Assembly (NCBI GenBank): GCA_965655095.1
Contig: OZ296649.1
Location: forward strand, 46,252,001 to 46,316,000
DNA from: Haplodiscus bocki
Taxonomy: Eukaryota
Direction of reading: 5' to 3'
DNA: 64,000 bases
Shown piece by piece: positions 35,752 through 48,134 of this stretch; positions within the stretch are counted from its first letter, which is position 1, and each line of letters opens with the position of its first letter. The position numbers and the translations under genes were made by a program. The notes beneath the pieces were generated by a model. The model was not told the DNA's origin. It made no database searches and saw nothing but the letters and a program-made list of their open reading frames with translations.

Positions 35752-38429
35752 TTGCCTTTCTTTTTTCCAACAGAACTTCAGTTGAGTGTTTTCTATTAGT
35801 AATTTGGAATTCAACACAAACAAAGCCGTTTGGTGTACTCCATTGGGCTCTTCAGGGACTGAACCAGTCAAAAGTGCCGTTGGTGCTGTTTGTTCTCATT
35901 TTTCAATTTCATATATAACTGTAGTGCCGTAGTTTCTTCAATCAAAACCACAATCGATCGTCCTCCACTGCATCAAGAGCACTTAACGCAGGAAAATCCG
36001 CTTTCAGTCATTGCATAAGCACTGTGATAGGGTTGTAACATTTGTCCTCTAGTTGAAATTGGTCCAACGAAACTTTAGTTGACAGTTTGAATTGAAGACG
36101 ATAGCGGTAAACATTAGGCTTTTGGGTTTTTGTTGTTTCTTCGCAGCAAAATTTTTGGACTCAAAATTGACAAGAACGCCATTTTTGTTCCATCTCTCGG
36201 TTTTCAATCTCACTTCTGCCCAACTTTACTAACTCGATGTCTGTGATCAAATCTGCAATCCAAAACTTTTGGAAAACAAAAATGAACCTTTACACAGTTT
36301 CCAGTTTTTTTGCTATATTCTCGTTTTTTGATAGGGCGAGGTTATCAAATCGTATCAATTTGAAAAAAATTGCAGACTCGTCAAACTCATCTTTTTCGAA
36401 CATTTATGGTGGATTCAATCCGAAAAAACCTCAATTGATGACTGCTAGTTTGATGAAAGCTGCCTTTCATTAGATAAACTCTTTTTTTTGCCTACCTGGG
36501 ACCCTGAAAGGGCAATAATGCCAAAAATGCCACAGGTAACGACATTTGTTACGACATTCCCCAAATCCACCCTGTCTAGTTTTTGTAGCAAAAAACATTT
36601 TGAGCGGTTCCTCTACCTGCTTTTGATTCGAGAGATTGGGTTCAAACTCAGCGTCTTGAATGTTTTTTTTTGGAAGCTGGAAGGTCACCATCCACAGTCG
36701 TTCTGTGATTTTCGCACATGTTGAGCTGGTGTTTTGTTTTCCGTTTGTAAGTTGGCTTTGTGTGGTGAAAGCTAAAAGGTAACTAATGAAGACATGAAAT
36801 TGAGAAATCTTCGGTTTCAGATTTAAATGGTTATTGCGTTGACAGAGAATTTGATTTCTGCATATCGGTTCCAAATTGAGATCAGCGAGTAAAGTGTTCC
36901 TTTAGGCAACTGGATCTAGTCATCTGATTGTAAGAAACCAGAGTTGGTTGTAGGCGCATTTCCGTGGTCCCGTGACACATTCACAATCGGAGGGCTGTCA
37001 ATGCCTCGGTAGTATTTTTATTCAATTATAAAACTGGGGTTTGAGCGCAAATTTGCCGTCCTTTGTGGTGGCTTCTATCTTATAACGAGGGCTTTCTTTA
37101 AGTTTTACCTCAATAATTTTGCATAGATTCAATGTGGAGGCAACTAACAGTTGAATCAGCCAACTTTCGCGCTTGGTAAAGTTACTGGAAAGTTTAATGA
37201 TGATGTGGACTATTTTCAAAGGTTTTCTGTCTTTTTGCAATTGTGATCGTTTTGGATAACGTCCATATCAAGCTTTTTTATTTCAATAGAGGTAATCTTA
37301 GGAGGTTGCTATGCAATCCAACTTTTTTACTGATGCTACTTTTGTTACTTTGTCTGTGTGCATTCTCTTGTGGGATGACCTTAGATGAATTCTGGACAGG
37401 GCAGCTGACTCGAAAACTTCACGTACAAGGTTGTCAAAGATTTCAGATAAAAAATTAGGCAGTTACAGTCAACATCTGCAGAAGTTTTCAATGTCCTGAT
37501 GAATACAGATGAACATGAAAATTGTCAACTAAGGCAACAAGGGTGATTCTATCAGTGGGATGAAAACAGGTGATTTTTCCAAATCGTACTAAAGAACAGT
37601 GGGACTGGTGTTTATTGTTCGGTCGGATGTTGACAATTTTTTATGTCAGTATATAAAGCAACAGACAGAATTTCCATCACTCGTGTGAAAACCGATGAAT
37701 TTCCAAATGAGATTTATAAGCATCAACAGTGGCTGCCATCACTCGGATGTTAGCCAATAATTTCTGTGAACTTTCCTAACCCGGCTCTCGGTGTTTATGA
37801 TCTGTTTTTTTTCATTTGCATAAAAATTGCTGAGCCCCATGTTCTTGTGTTAGGTGTCCCAATTCTCATTTCATGCAATTGTTGAAGTTCAATGAATTGT
37901 ATTGTTAGATCCTTTCGTGCTACAACGCACATTACGCACGGATTCCATCAGTAGTCGGATAGAAACTGAGTTGTTTGATTTTCAATCGTAAATGTTTTAC
38001 TGGAGCCTGTGGGCGTTAGTCGTCGATCGGCTGTAAAGTAATGAGGGTTGCCGTTAGTTCAGTCTGTTGATTTTGTCTGTACGTCAATAGGAATATTAGT
38101 CAATTTTAACAGAATGGGCTAACGGGTGATTAGTGAAAAAAATCAAACGGAGGTTTTTGGATGATTATATATTCCTGCTCATTAGTGTATTTGACTGTAT
38201 TTGGTTTGCCGCTCTGCTACAGAAGACAGTTGTAGTGGCCTTGGTGTGCCTGTTAGAGCTTACTGCTGCTTTTTATGTCCGAAAAATTTTGTACTTTCAG
38301 TTTTTGAGCTCCAATTGGAATATGTCTTTTTCACGATTATTTGTTTCAGCATTTTGGTGTTCGGGGGATGAAAATGCCTTTCTGCGCTCAGCAAGATATG
38401 TTCTCTGTAATACTTGTACTACATAATCT

Positions 38430-38575
38430 GACCTATACCTTTATGCGCTTTGTGGCTGAAGAACTTGCATAATACCCTACTAACAATAATGCCTGCATAC
38501 GCGAAATAACTTAGCAAAATTTTAGGGATATGCTGATAACTAACATTTTCCTAATGTGGGCCTGACTGACTCGAG
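38430..38575 (-). repeat. Dispersed repeat family X, partial copy 3
   Basis: ttatgcgctttgtggctgaagaacttgcat..tttagggatatg matches 10201-10292. Confidence 0.75.
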
Positions 38576-40580
38576 ACAGTACAATCTGATTTTTTCACAG
38601 CTTAGGAAATAGTGGAAAAATTGCTGAAAAATGCCTTCAAACCGGTTATCTTTCCTAAACAGGCTTTTTCGACCAAAATATGAGATTTTTGAAAAGACTT
38701 GATGTTTTTCAAATCGGTAAAAAAGTAGGAACACTGATGTAGAAATTGGTTCTTTTTCCTAAAAACGCATTTTAAACAATGTTGGATGGTGGAAGATATC
38801 CAGGAGGTAGCCGGGCGTCTTGCTTAATAACGGCATGTCATCTTGAGAATAAACGTTTTTCATTTTACCAAACCAAACAAACACTGGCGAACAGCATCAA
38901 CAACCATCGTGTTGCTCATTATCAGGTGATTTGTAGCACTGTACAAAAATACTTTCAAAAAATATATACAATCTTCTTTCGGTGCTTAGTCGGGACCGCG
39001 CGTAAAGCTCAAAACACTCAAAGGACGTATTTGATTTTGATTTTTCAAAAAATATATTTTGGTATAATTTTTGGTATAAAATGTATAAAAGAAAACATAT
39101 CTTGTGCTAGGATTTGAGGCCACTACCTGCCGATTCGTTAGTTTAATAAGGAGGTTGTCACAGATAATTTTTGGACTGAAGGTCCAAAACTCTTTCGAAA
39201 AAAAGCTAGATTTTGGGTATGATTCGCCGTATAAATGTAAAAAAGATGGGGCCTTGACCGGAGTTCAATCCCGCGACCTGTAGCTTTGGAAATTTTGCCA
39301 TAAAAAATGTCATAAATACGCAAAGTTGGTGCGTAAAATTCAAATTCCGACAAGTTTCCATACTGTCTGATACAGAATTAAATGATACGAAAGTCATGAT
39401 TTTCAGTATAATTATCATTGTTGTTCACAGTTCTGGCAAATGCACCACAGAGAATGCGAAAATGAATAATTACCTCCCACGCTGTTTGATTTGATCAACT
39501 TCATCCCAGTCCTAAATTTTATAAGTCAAATCATGCTTTTCAGATCAAACCGTTCATCGCCCAATTCTCTAAAAGATGGCAAAGAAAAAACACGAGAAAT
39601 TAGGAAGCACCCGCCAAATGACTTAAAAAGTTCAAAGTTCAAGACATTTTGCTTTTTTACTCATGTCATCTCATTTTTACAAATTTTGCAAAGCTTTTGA
39701 AACAAATTCAGATTTCAACGTGAACAAGATATGGATCTCTTAACTCAGCAATTCGTCCTCCTCCTCCACCGCGCCTTATTTATAATGAAAGAATTCAGGC
39801 AATATCATTCAGTATTTCTTCTAAAATGTGAAAATACTTCAAGATATGTTCTCAATATCCTTTTTAGATTCGATTTGAATAAGATTTTGTCAATGTGCGC
39901 ATGTGTGTGTATGGGGGGACAAAGTTACTTGTCTTGCTCGGTTTTCCCAGATTGGCCATCTGTTAAAAAGTTGCTTTAAGACAAAAGCTTTCCAATAGGA
40001 GAATAAAATCTCTTCTGAAAACCGAGAACAAAAATTTGCGATTTAAAATCTAAAGTTAAACAGGAAATTTTCAAGAGGATAAAAATATTTGGTTTCTTAT
40101 AACAATCGCGGCCTCAGGTTTTCCATTGGAAAGTCTTTTCGTCAGTGATGGTGGAAGTAGAAGATATAATTCATTTTCGGTTATTTTCATCGGAATCAAC
40201 AATTAAAAGAATGTAAACTTCCGAACATGATGTTTATGAAGGACAAAACTAGCCCACAAGTTATGAACAAAAAAGTGGCGCGATTTTTGAATCAAGCATG
40301 AGCATAATTTGATCTTCTGAATATTGACCTAACAATATAAAGTTCATGTTTTGACGAAAAATTATTCTGCTTTTGAGGCAGGTTGAATATGAAAAAATTC
40401 GAATGCACCTTTCTTTAACATCATCCATGATTCATCCATAGCCCATAGCTCGTCCAGCCGAGAATTATTTCATCTATGAGAAACTTTTGATTGTTTTTCA
40501 AAACATCTGCCAATTTTAGTTGAACTAAAAAATGCACATGATTTACAACAGACAAAAATAGAGCAAAAAAGGTCGAAATC

Positions 40581-41032
40581 AGTAGTTATAATTATTGCAT
40601 CAAACGCCAGACGCGACGGCCGCACCGTCCAAAAAAAATTGCAACCAAACTTATTAAAAGAATTAAAATAAAACGCAGACACAATATTTTTAATGAGTAT
40701 TTTATGTATCAATGGGAGTACACATGAAATTATAAAAAGTAGTAAACAAATTAAGTAAAATCAATCTACATCAACGGGGGTACACAGGATAATGATGAAA
40801 AAAATTGAAAATAAAAATTCATCGTTTTTTTCCCCTTTACTATTAAAAATTCATACACATTTCATTTCTCCAGGTGTGTAATAAAAATTTCAATGGAATC
40901 TATTTTTAGACCAGTACATTAAAATGCATCAAAGGATTTCAACCAAATCAGAGATAAAATTGGTGAAAAAATTGGTTGGAATTTTGGTTTTGGTTCGGAT
41001 TGTGATCTGAGTTCAGGTTTCTGAAAAATATA
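40581..41032 (+). repeat. Left TIR of element C
   Basis: gccagacgcgacggccgcaccgtccaaaaaaa, catttcatttctcca, atcaaaggatttcaa and ggattgtgatctgagtt all recur inverted at 56120-56591. Confidence 0.93.
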
Positions 41033-41769
41033 ATTAAATTACAACGTGGAAAACAATGCATGATCAAAATCAAAGAATATTTGAGCTACAGAAAAGTATA
41101 GTTTACCATGAAAAACCTATTGAAAAGGTCTATCCAAAGGTAAAAAAATTCAAAAACAGTGACTCTAACTATTACCATCAAAAAACCAAAAACCCTAAGT
41201 CTAACCCTGGAACATGGTGTTTTAATGAAAAAAGTTTAATAATAGTGGGGCGTTATGTATCCTTAGAAAGGTCTTGAGAAAACCAATCTTTTATTATTGA
41301 AACTAATTTTACTGTTATATATGAATTGAAAATTCTGGGTTTTTTAAAACCTATAAATGAACAACAATACAAAAGAAATTTATAAGCAAATGGAAAGCGA
41401 TGAATCTGATGGTGAAATAAATGATGAAGAATTAGTCCGAGATTTATTAATGTCTTCAACGCAGCCTTCGGCTACCGTTCACTGTGCAAACAGAAGCCAT
41501 CTTCTATATATAACTGAAGATATAGAAAATATACTAACTTTTATCGAGGAGCTGTTACAATTAATGCCATGGCAATCGCATGATATGTGTTTGGCGGTTG
41601 TGATAATTATAACCAGATGCTTTAAAACAACCTAATGGTTTTAGATTTCTTAATTGCAGATGTAGAAATGGCAAGAAAATCGCTTCTCGAGCAATTCAAC
41701 TATATCCTGAAAGTTTTTTTAAACCGACTATGATTGTGACAACCTTAGAAACAGAATGGTTAAGAAAAA

Positions 41770-42438
41770 CTAAGTTCTACAAACAACACTTTTTAAGATT
41801 TCAACTTTTGAATTAGTCCAACTATTTTCACATATATATTGAAGACCCAAAGCACAAACAATAAGATTTTGAAACATTTCACACATTTTTGAAAAAAAAT
41901 CTGCAACACCTCTTTTTTTTCTAGTACAAAACGCGGGTTTATCTAAATTCCTTTGTTCTTCAACCCATTTATATAATCCTCTTTGAGTTCTCCATATAAC
42001 TTCGTCCTCATCATCTTCTTCAGCTTCTTCATTCGGTAAAAAACTGCGACTTTGATTAGACACCATCGTTTTAAAAGCACCTTGACCACATTTTGCAAGA
42101 TGATAATCAAAAGGGTTGAGGCTATAGTTTGTGGAATTTAATAAAGTTCCCTCCTCAATTTTATTGTTTCCAATGAGTTGGTAATGATCGGTTTTGAAAT
42201 ATGTTTTTGTTTCTCCAATGGCTACGGCAGTCGGGATCATATTGTTACCCATAGGAGACGTGAAATCTATAAATTTATCTTCTGTAGTGAATTTGATAGT
42301 TTCAGATCGGGAAATAAATATTCATTCGTTACCACCTCTCATAGAGTGTGAATAATTATAAACAATATCATCGCTTCCTACCAAAAAGATGCTACCATCA
42401 AAATCAGAACTATCAGAAGCTCCTGACGTTTCAGTCAT
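41770..42438 (-). pseudogene. Cargo protein with an N-terminal domain resembling large-DNA-virus hypothetical proteins and a degenerate C-terminal RING finger
   Basis: FDGSIFL..FTTEDKFIDFTSPMGNNMIPTAVAIGE..YF, an acidic linker, then CVKC (shifted frame)..GLQYICENSW..KSVVCRT*. Confidence 0.55.
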
Positions 42439-42874
42439 TCCACAAAGACGGCTTTTCCCAATTAATAATGACGAAGTCAATTGCGCACGAAGTCAGTTGC
42501 GCACAATTTTAGAACCAGGAACGCTTTTTGCAAATTTGCATTTCTCATGTATATAAAAGTTGACTATAGACTTCTCGTTGTCAATTGTTACTAGATAACG
42601 AGAACAGTAATTCTGTGGCATCACGAAAATATCCATCGTTTAGATAGCATTAATGACTATCTCTTGTCCAGATTGTGAAATCCTATTTAGTATCAACAAT
42701 AACTCTTAAGACATTCAAATGCACATTGAAACGAATTTAGTAGAAGATTACATCAATTTTGTTGACAGTTCGCTTCGTGAACATATCAATACAACAAAAA
42801 AAACACTACATACTTTAAAATAATTGCAGTTTTATTTGTTATTATGTCTTTATTTTTAATTTTGCTCCTTCTCA

Positions 42875-43328
42875 ATGAGTACTTTTCCCCTAGAACAAAA
42901 ATCTAAAACACGTAATCTTGATTCTCATTTGATACTACGTCAAAATTAACTAGATGGAATGGCCAGGTTTTGGGAAATTAAATCCTTCAAGCCAAAGTAA
43001 GGCAAGACCAAATGGCAAAAGAATTAGGTTGCTCAAGTTCCAATCTACAACGCTATAGAAAAGATATAAATCGGCTTTCACACTAAAGAATACCATCAAT
43101 TAGTCGCAAAACAAAACAGGATATCCCAAATACAAGCCTCGATGATAGTTCACATCGTGAACACGACCTCACACGACCTCAAATGACCTCAAATGACCTC
43201 AAATGACATCGAAAGACCTCAAACAACTTCTGCCGCTAAAATTAAAATGGAAGGTGGGTCTTTGCATGAGATTGATGAAACTAACAATGATTATTTGGAT
43301 AAAATTATTCTTAAAAAAAACCTATAAA
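42875..43328 (+). pseudogene. Helix-turn-helix DNA-binding protein
   Basis: QDQMAKELGCSSSNLQRYRKDI is a recognisable HTH signature; frameshifted. Confidence 0.7.
43161..43223. repeat. Six 10-bp tandem repeats (AAATGACCTC)
   Basis: acacgacctc acacgacctc aaatgacctc aaatgacctc aaatgacatc gaaagacctc. Confidence 0.9.
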
Positions 43329-44104
43329 CGGAACTAGCGATGCAAGTTGTCTCCAACGATAAAATAGTTGGAAGCAATAAAGTACAAGATTTAAAGGTTT
43401 TAACTCACAATTTTAAGCAACGCAAGCTAAAAAAGGAGAACACTTAGTTTCTATGATGCTTGCTATTGAAAAAGCTTTTGATTTACTGGTGATGATGTAG
43501 TAGAATTCTCTACAGAAGGAGATTCTTCGAAAAATAAAATTGTTTCCTACGGTGAAAAATGGCTAGAAGAATCTAAATCCAAGCTAATAAAACAGATTGA
43601 TGATGCAAAAAGAGCAAATTTATTTATTTAAAGAATGAAAAAAAAACAAACAAAAAACAATGATAAATGGCATTTATAAGTTGTGATAAATTATGGAGAA
43701 GTGAGTTCTATAATATTGTTACTGCAGAAGACAGAGTGCAAGATATAAATCTTAAGCAATAAAACTCAAAGTAAACGATACTTATGTCAAGAACGAAAAA
43801 AAAACAACAAACTTTGAAGCTTCTAATGATGAAAAAATGATAAACAAAGGTTATTTAGATACAAAATTATGAAAATAGACGACCATATAACATGTATAGA
43901 AAAAATATATAATGAATTCAAATTGCGTAACGACAAACAATCGGAATTGGTTTTAATTGAAAAAGCTGTGAAAACGACTATTCAAATACTTTAGCGATTG
44001 TTTGAAAATTATGATAATGCGGATGAAGTGCTGAAAGATTATCTACTTATTGGACTTAACGAAGGACGTAGACTTGTTTTGGATCCGTTAAATCATAACA
44101 TCAT

Positions 44105-44502
44105 TGAATGATTTAATTCATAAATACAGTTTGAAAAAAAGCCACATCGAATATACAAATCCAACAAACCATTCCACCTTGTCTTCGAGTGATGTAGGAA
44201 TCTATTGAAGAGATGGACCACATGCAAGTGATTTAAGAATGATTATTTTACATTCAACGAAAAGGACACATTGGGTTGCATACGTTGGTAAAAACTATTT
44301 TGATTCAAATTGTTGTCCCCACCTAAAAATTTCAGACTGCCATAAAAATTAAGCATGGAAAATGTATTCATTCTGGATATCAGATTCAAAAAAATGAGAA
44401 TCTTTCTGCCAGTTATGGCTGACAAATGATCTACTCGACAATAATGTCAGGTATGCCTTTTAAGTCTGCTGTTTTAAATTTGAACTGCCAAATGACACAA
44501 TA
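44105..44502 (+). pseudogene. Adenain-like cysteine protease of element C
   Basis: ATSNIQIQQ, VGIY.RDGP, ILHSTKRTHWVAY, YFDSNCCP, GYQIQKNENLSASY (catalytic Cys lost). Confidence 0.8.
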
Positions 44503-44714
44503 ACTTTGACGTTTTCTTTGAAATAAAGGACGTCACCAAAAAGAATTTTGATAGTAGTGTAAAATATTTTCAATCTGCGATCATATCACCCAGTGGAAAT
44601 TCTCGTAATCACAAACCAAAGACTGTTTCACTACCTCGAAAACAAAACAAAAAACAATCACAAAATAAAAAATTTCAATAGAAATATAACAGGAGAAAGA
44701 TATAGACTCCTTAA

Positions 44715-45807
44715 TTGAATGACAACGAGTTGTGACTTTCAATTAAAAAACATACAGATACACTTATTGAACAAACAATGTCGCGATCACAAAAAAAGTT
44801 CGAATTTAAACTAAAAAGAGAAACGCAAACTTTTTCATTTAATCTTTCATAAAAGCTTTCTGAAAAAGGAAATTGTTTGTTGGCCGTAAAAAGTTTCGTG
44901 GTAAATAACTCCGTTTTCAACAAAATTGATGAAAACAATGATTTTTCAATTTCAATTCCAAGTTGTTGGACACCAAAAGGCGGTGAAGAAACTTTGAACA
45001 AAATAAATGGTTTATAAGAGCCTAGATCTCAAAATGACATTGAGTTACAATTTCAAGAAGTTGAGAAAGAGGCACTCAAATAGAAATAGAAGCTAGTGGC
45101 TGAAAATTAGCAAGTTTTGATCATTTTAAAAGTGATATACTCGCAGAATTAGGAAGACTAAAATATAAGGATCTTGAAGACATGGTTTATAGATTAGAAT
45201 TGTTCTATGACGAAATTGTAGATATATAGGACGTAAAAAATATTGCTGGATCAAAAAAAGGATATACATTACCACCCGGTATATATAAAATTAGTTATTT
45301 GAGATTGATGCTAAAATCATAACTTCCGAGTAAGGTGATACTAAAAATTGCAATTGTTGATCTTAGACTAAGATCAATTTTAACAAATAATAATACAATA
45401 AAGTTCACCAAAAAAAAATCTTTTTTCTATACAATATTAGGTTTTGCTCAACCCCATTCGGGACCGTTAGAAGACAAAAGAGAATTTTTTTAAACAAGTC
45501 CAATCACATATACAAGTGAGAAGCCCCTTAATATTCTTGCAGTTGACAAAATTCATTTGAAATGTGATTGTATTAGTGGGAGATTTGTAAATGGTGCCAG
45601 ATAACCGCTTTTTTTCAGTTTTGAATAGGATGAGCAACCAGGACATAAAATATACAAAGAACCTAGAATCAAGGTTTTTTTATTTTTAAAAAGATAAGTA
45701 AATCGGCTCTGTCTAAAATGTCTTTTTAATTAGAAGATGATGATCACAAACCAGTTGATTTTAATGCAGAAACGATATCCATTACTTGTCAACTAATTAA
45801 AATATAA
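44715..45807 (+). pseudogene. Minor capsid protein (penton) paralogue 1
   Basis: YTLPPGIYKI, SFFYTILGF, DKIHLKCDCISGRFVNG, PGHKIYKEP, LEDDDHKPVDFNAETISITCQLIKI*. Confidence 0.85.
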
Positions 45808-45815
45808 TGTGTATA

Positions 45816-46925
45816 TGAACATAAACAGCTTTTAGATCTAGAAATGAAACGGAAGATTTAATACTTTCAATGACTAAAAACGGCAAAAACTTATTAAACA
45901 AACTCATAGGAAACCTCAAGAAACACTTGAATATGAACTTACCCAACCAGGGGAAACTTTTTCATTTAAACCATGTATTAATCTTGGCGTTGACCCTAAA
46001 TAGACAATTGGATAAACAAGTTCAGAATTATACAATTCTAATTTTAATATAACAGAGGAAAATAATAACTTCATACAATATCAAGACTACAACGATCGAT
46101 TCCCAGGGCATACCATAAAACACAATGAAACGAGCTGGACATTTGTACGTATAAAATCTGAAGTTTCATATGAAGATGTAAAAGGTGTGGTTTCAAAGTT
46201 CCTCGGTGTTTCAGATTTTAAAAACAAAAATCTACAATATGAAAAAACAGGACCGCCTATTGTTAAAGATTATCGAAAAGTAGGTAAAAAAGATGGTTAT
46301 GGGACTTGATTAGGGGTTTATATTCATTCTATATTCTAAAGCTGCGAAAGTTACCTCAGAACTGAAGTTGATTTGGTTGAATATGATAATGACTCGGTTT
46401 TAAAACATTATAATCTAAACTATATCATATATGAAGTGTTTCCAGGGATTTACACAAGTAGGGATGTCATAGATGTTGATGAAACATCGAAAGGAGGCAT
46501 TCAAAAAAATATGATGATATTACCATGAAAACTAAGTTGCTTGAAACGAGTAAAATTATAGGGTTTAATGATAAATCGTGTTTTACTACTCAAATAGGTT
46601 TCAACCCATATTGGGATTATAAACCCACTTATGAATACTTTAAGCAAAAAATTACAAAAATAAGGACAATATAGGAAACTAATTTGAAATGTGATGTTAT
46701 TAATGGTAGTGTACTAAATGGTTTGAGACAACCTATACTGTTTAGTTTTTTTTAAACAAACCACCCGGGTAAAAGGTATTTTGTGAGCTTGAAACAAAAC
46801 ACCATAAAAAAATCAACAAATCTGTTCTGCAAACTGTCACAATGTTTTCAGAGGATGATGATCACAAAGAAGTTAATATCAAAGAAGAAACGTTGACTTT
46901 TACTTTACAAGTAATCAAGTTCTGA
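45816..46925 (+). pseudogene. Minor capsid protein (penton) paralogue 2
   Basis: YNSNFNITEENNNF, VFPGIYT, IGF, NLKCDVINGSVLNGLRQPILFSF, EDDDHKEVNIKEETLTFTLQVIKF*. Confidence 0.85.
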
Positions 46926-46981
46926 AATTCTGAAATTTTGAGGCTCACTTTGTAATTGTATTGGTGTTTCTTGCCTGTTAA

Positions 46982-47379
46982 TTGAGCTTTCAGAAATTTG
47001 AACCTATTTCATTTTGTGTCGGAGGAAGACATCGATCTGCTACATCATATATTTATGTTGACATAACTTCTAAATATAGTAAAGTTTAATTTGCCACTGT
47101 TCAATAAGTAATAGAAAAAAGTGTAGGACAGTTTCTGATAATACAAGACCAGCTGAAGTTCTTGGCGACTTCTTGAAGAATATGGTTAAAAAACGAATTG
47201 ATGTATCAAAAGAGATGGCGAAAAATGTCTTGCAAAATCCAGGAAAAACTTTCGAAATTGGCACAAACGTTGGTACTGCATTCGCAAGTTGAAGGCCGAA
47301 AGCGGATTTACAAAGTCTGCAAGAAGTAATAAAGTTTTATCATACTGGTGACGGCTTATATCTCGGAAATTTTGCTTAA
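46982..47379 (+). pseudogene. Small protein with Zn-ribbon-like N-terminus and amphipathic helix (putative virion core/membrane-active protein)
   Basis: FCVGGRH..CHCSISNRKK, then LGDFLKNMVKKRIDVSKEMAKNVLQNPG..FYHTGDGLYL. Confidence 0.55.
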
Positions 47380-47399
47380 GTTTTTTTCTAACAAATTGA

Positions 47400-47885
47400 A
47401 TACACATACAGTAAAATTATATGAATCTGTGCCTTCGGAAAATAATGATTTAGAACAGAGATTGGATTTGAAATTGAATGAAGTAAATAGTTTTAACAAC
47501 TCAATTACAAAAATTAAAGAAAGGATTACTTACTTTAGAGATCATAAATCGAGAAAGAAATTTAATAATTATAAAACACTTACCTCAGTCTTAGAATCAA
47601 TGGACACAGTTGTCATTATTGGTGCCACCACAATGTCTGTAACTTTATCGGTTATTGGTGTTGGTTTGATGGTGAAACCGAAATCCGCTGGAATTGCTGG
47701 TACTCTTTCATTAGGTAATAAAGCAAAACACAAGAGAGTGATGAATAAAAATAGGACGTGCAAAAAACAATACGAAAAAGACCAACGAGCAATTGAATCT
47801 GTTGATTAGTTAGATAGAAAGAGTTGAAAAGATAATCTTATTGATATGAAAAATTTGAATCTCCATGTAACGTTCTTAATTAATA
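47400..47885 (+). pseudogene. Coiled-coil plus hydrophobic-hairpin protein (putative membrane-active Polinton protein)
   Basis: Helical N-terminus, VVIIGATTMSVTLSVIGVGLMV..AGIAGTLSLG hairpin, basic helix, DNLID motif. Confidence 0.6.
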
Positions 47886-47987
47886 CGTTTGTGAAAAAAC
47901 AAAAATGAAATTTTTAAAATAAAAGTACACAATAAAATGATTTTTTAGTAACATTAAAATAAAAATGAACCTAGAACATAGAACTTA

Positions 47988-48093
47988 GAACTGTTCTGTT
48001 CTGTTCTGAATAAAGCGTGAACTGTTCTGTTCTGTTCTGTCCTGTTTTGAATAACAACGTGAACTGTTCTATTCTGTTCTGTTCTGTTCTGTT
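47988..48093. repeat. Compound (TGTTC)n microsatellite in three blocks
   Basis: Blocks of GAAC(TGTTC)n separated by gaataaagcgt and gaataacaacgt. Confidence 0.92.
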
Positions 48094-48134
48094 TACATAG
48101 GGAACTGTAGGTAAAACCAGCATACTAAGCGAAC

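Larger units (their letters stand above)
33650..38100 (-). mobile_element. Highly degraded BEL/Pao-like gag-pol relic, interrupted by the solo LTR
   Basis: Minus-strand fragments IIKLSSNFT..STLNLCKIIEVKL (gag-like), STCAKITERLW (knuckle relic), EQTAPTALLT, and across the LTR ALTVVLEIIKLNTNGSFFNVVLPCSD, in the order expected for BEL/Pao. Motifs are weak. Confidence 0.4.

Noticed and set aside
39105-39300. Two tRNA-like or SINE-like fragments on the minus strand
   Set aside because: Only degenerate B-box-like segments; no cloverleaf can be built.
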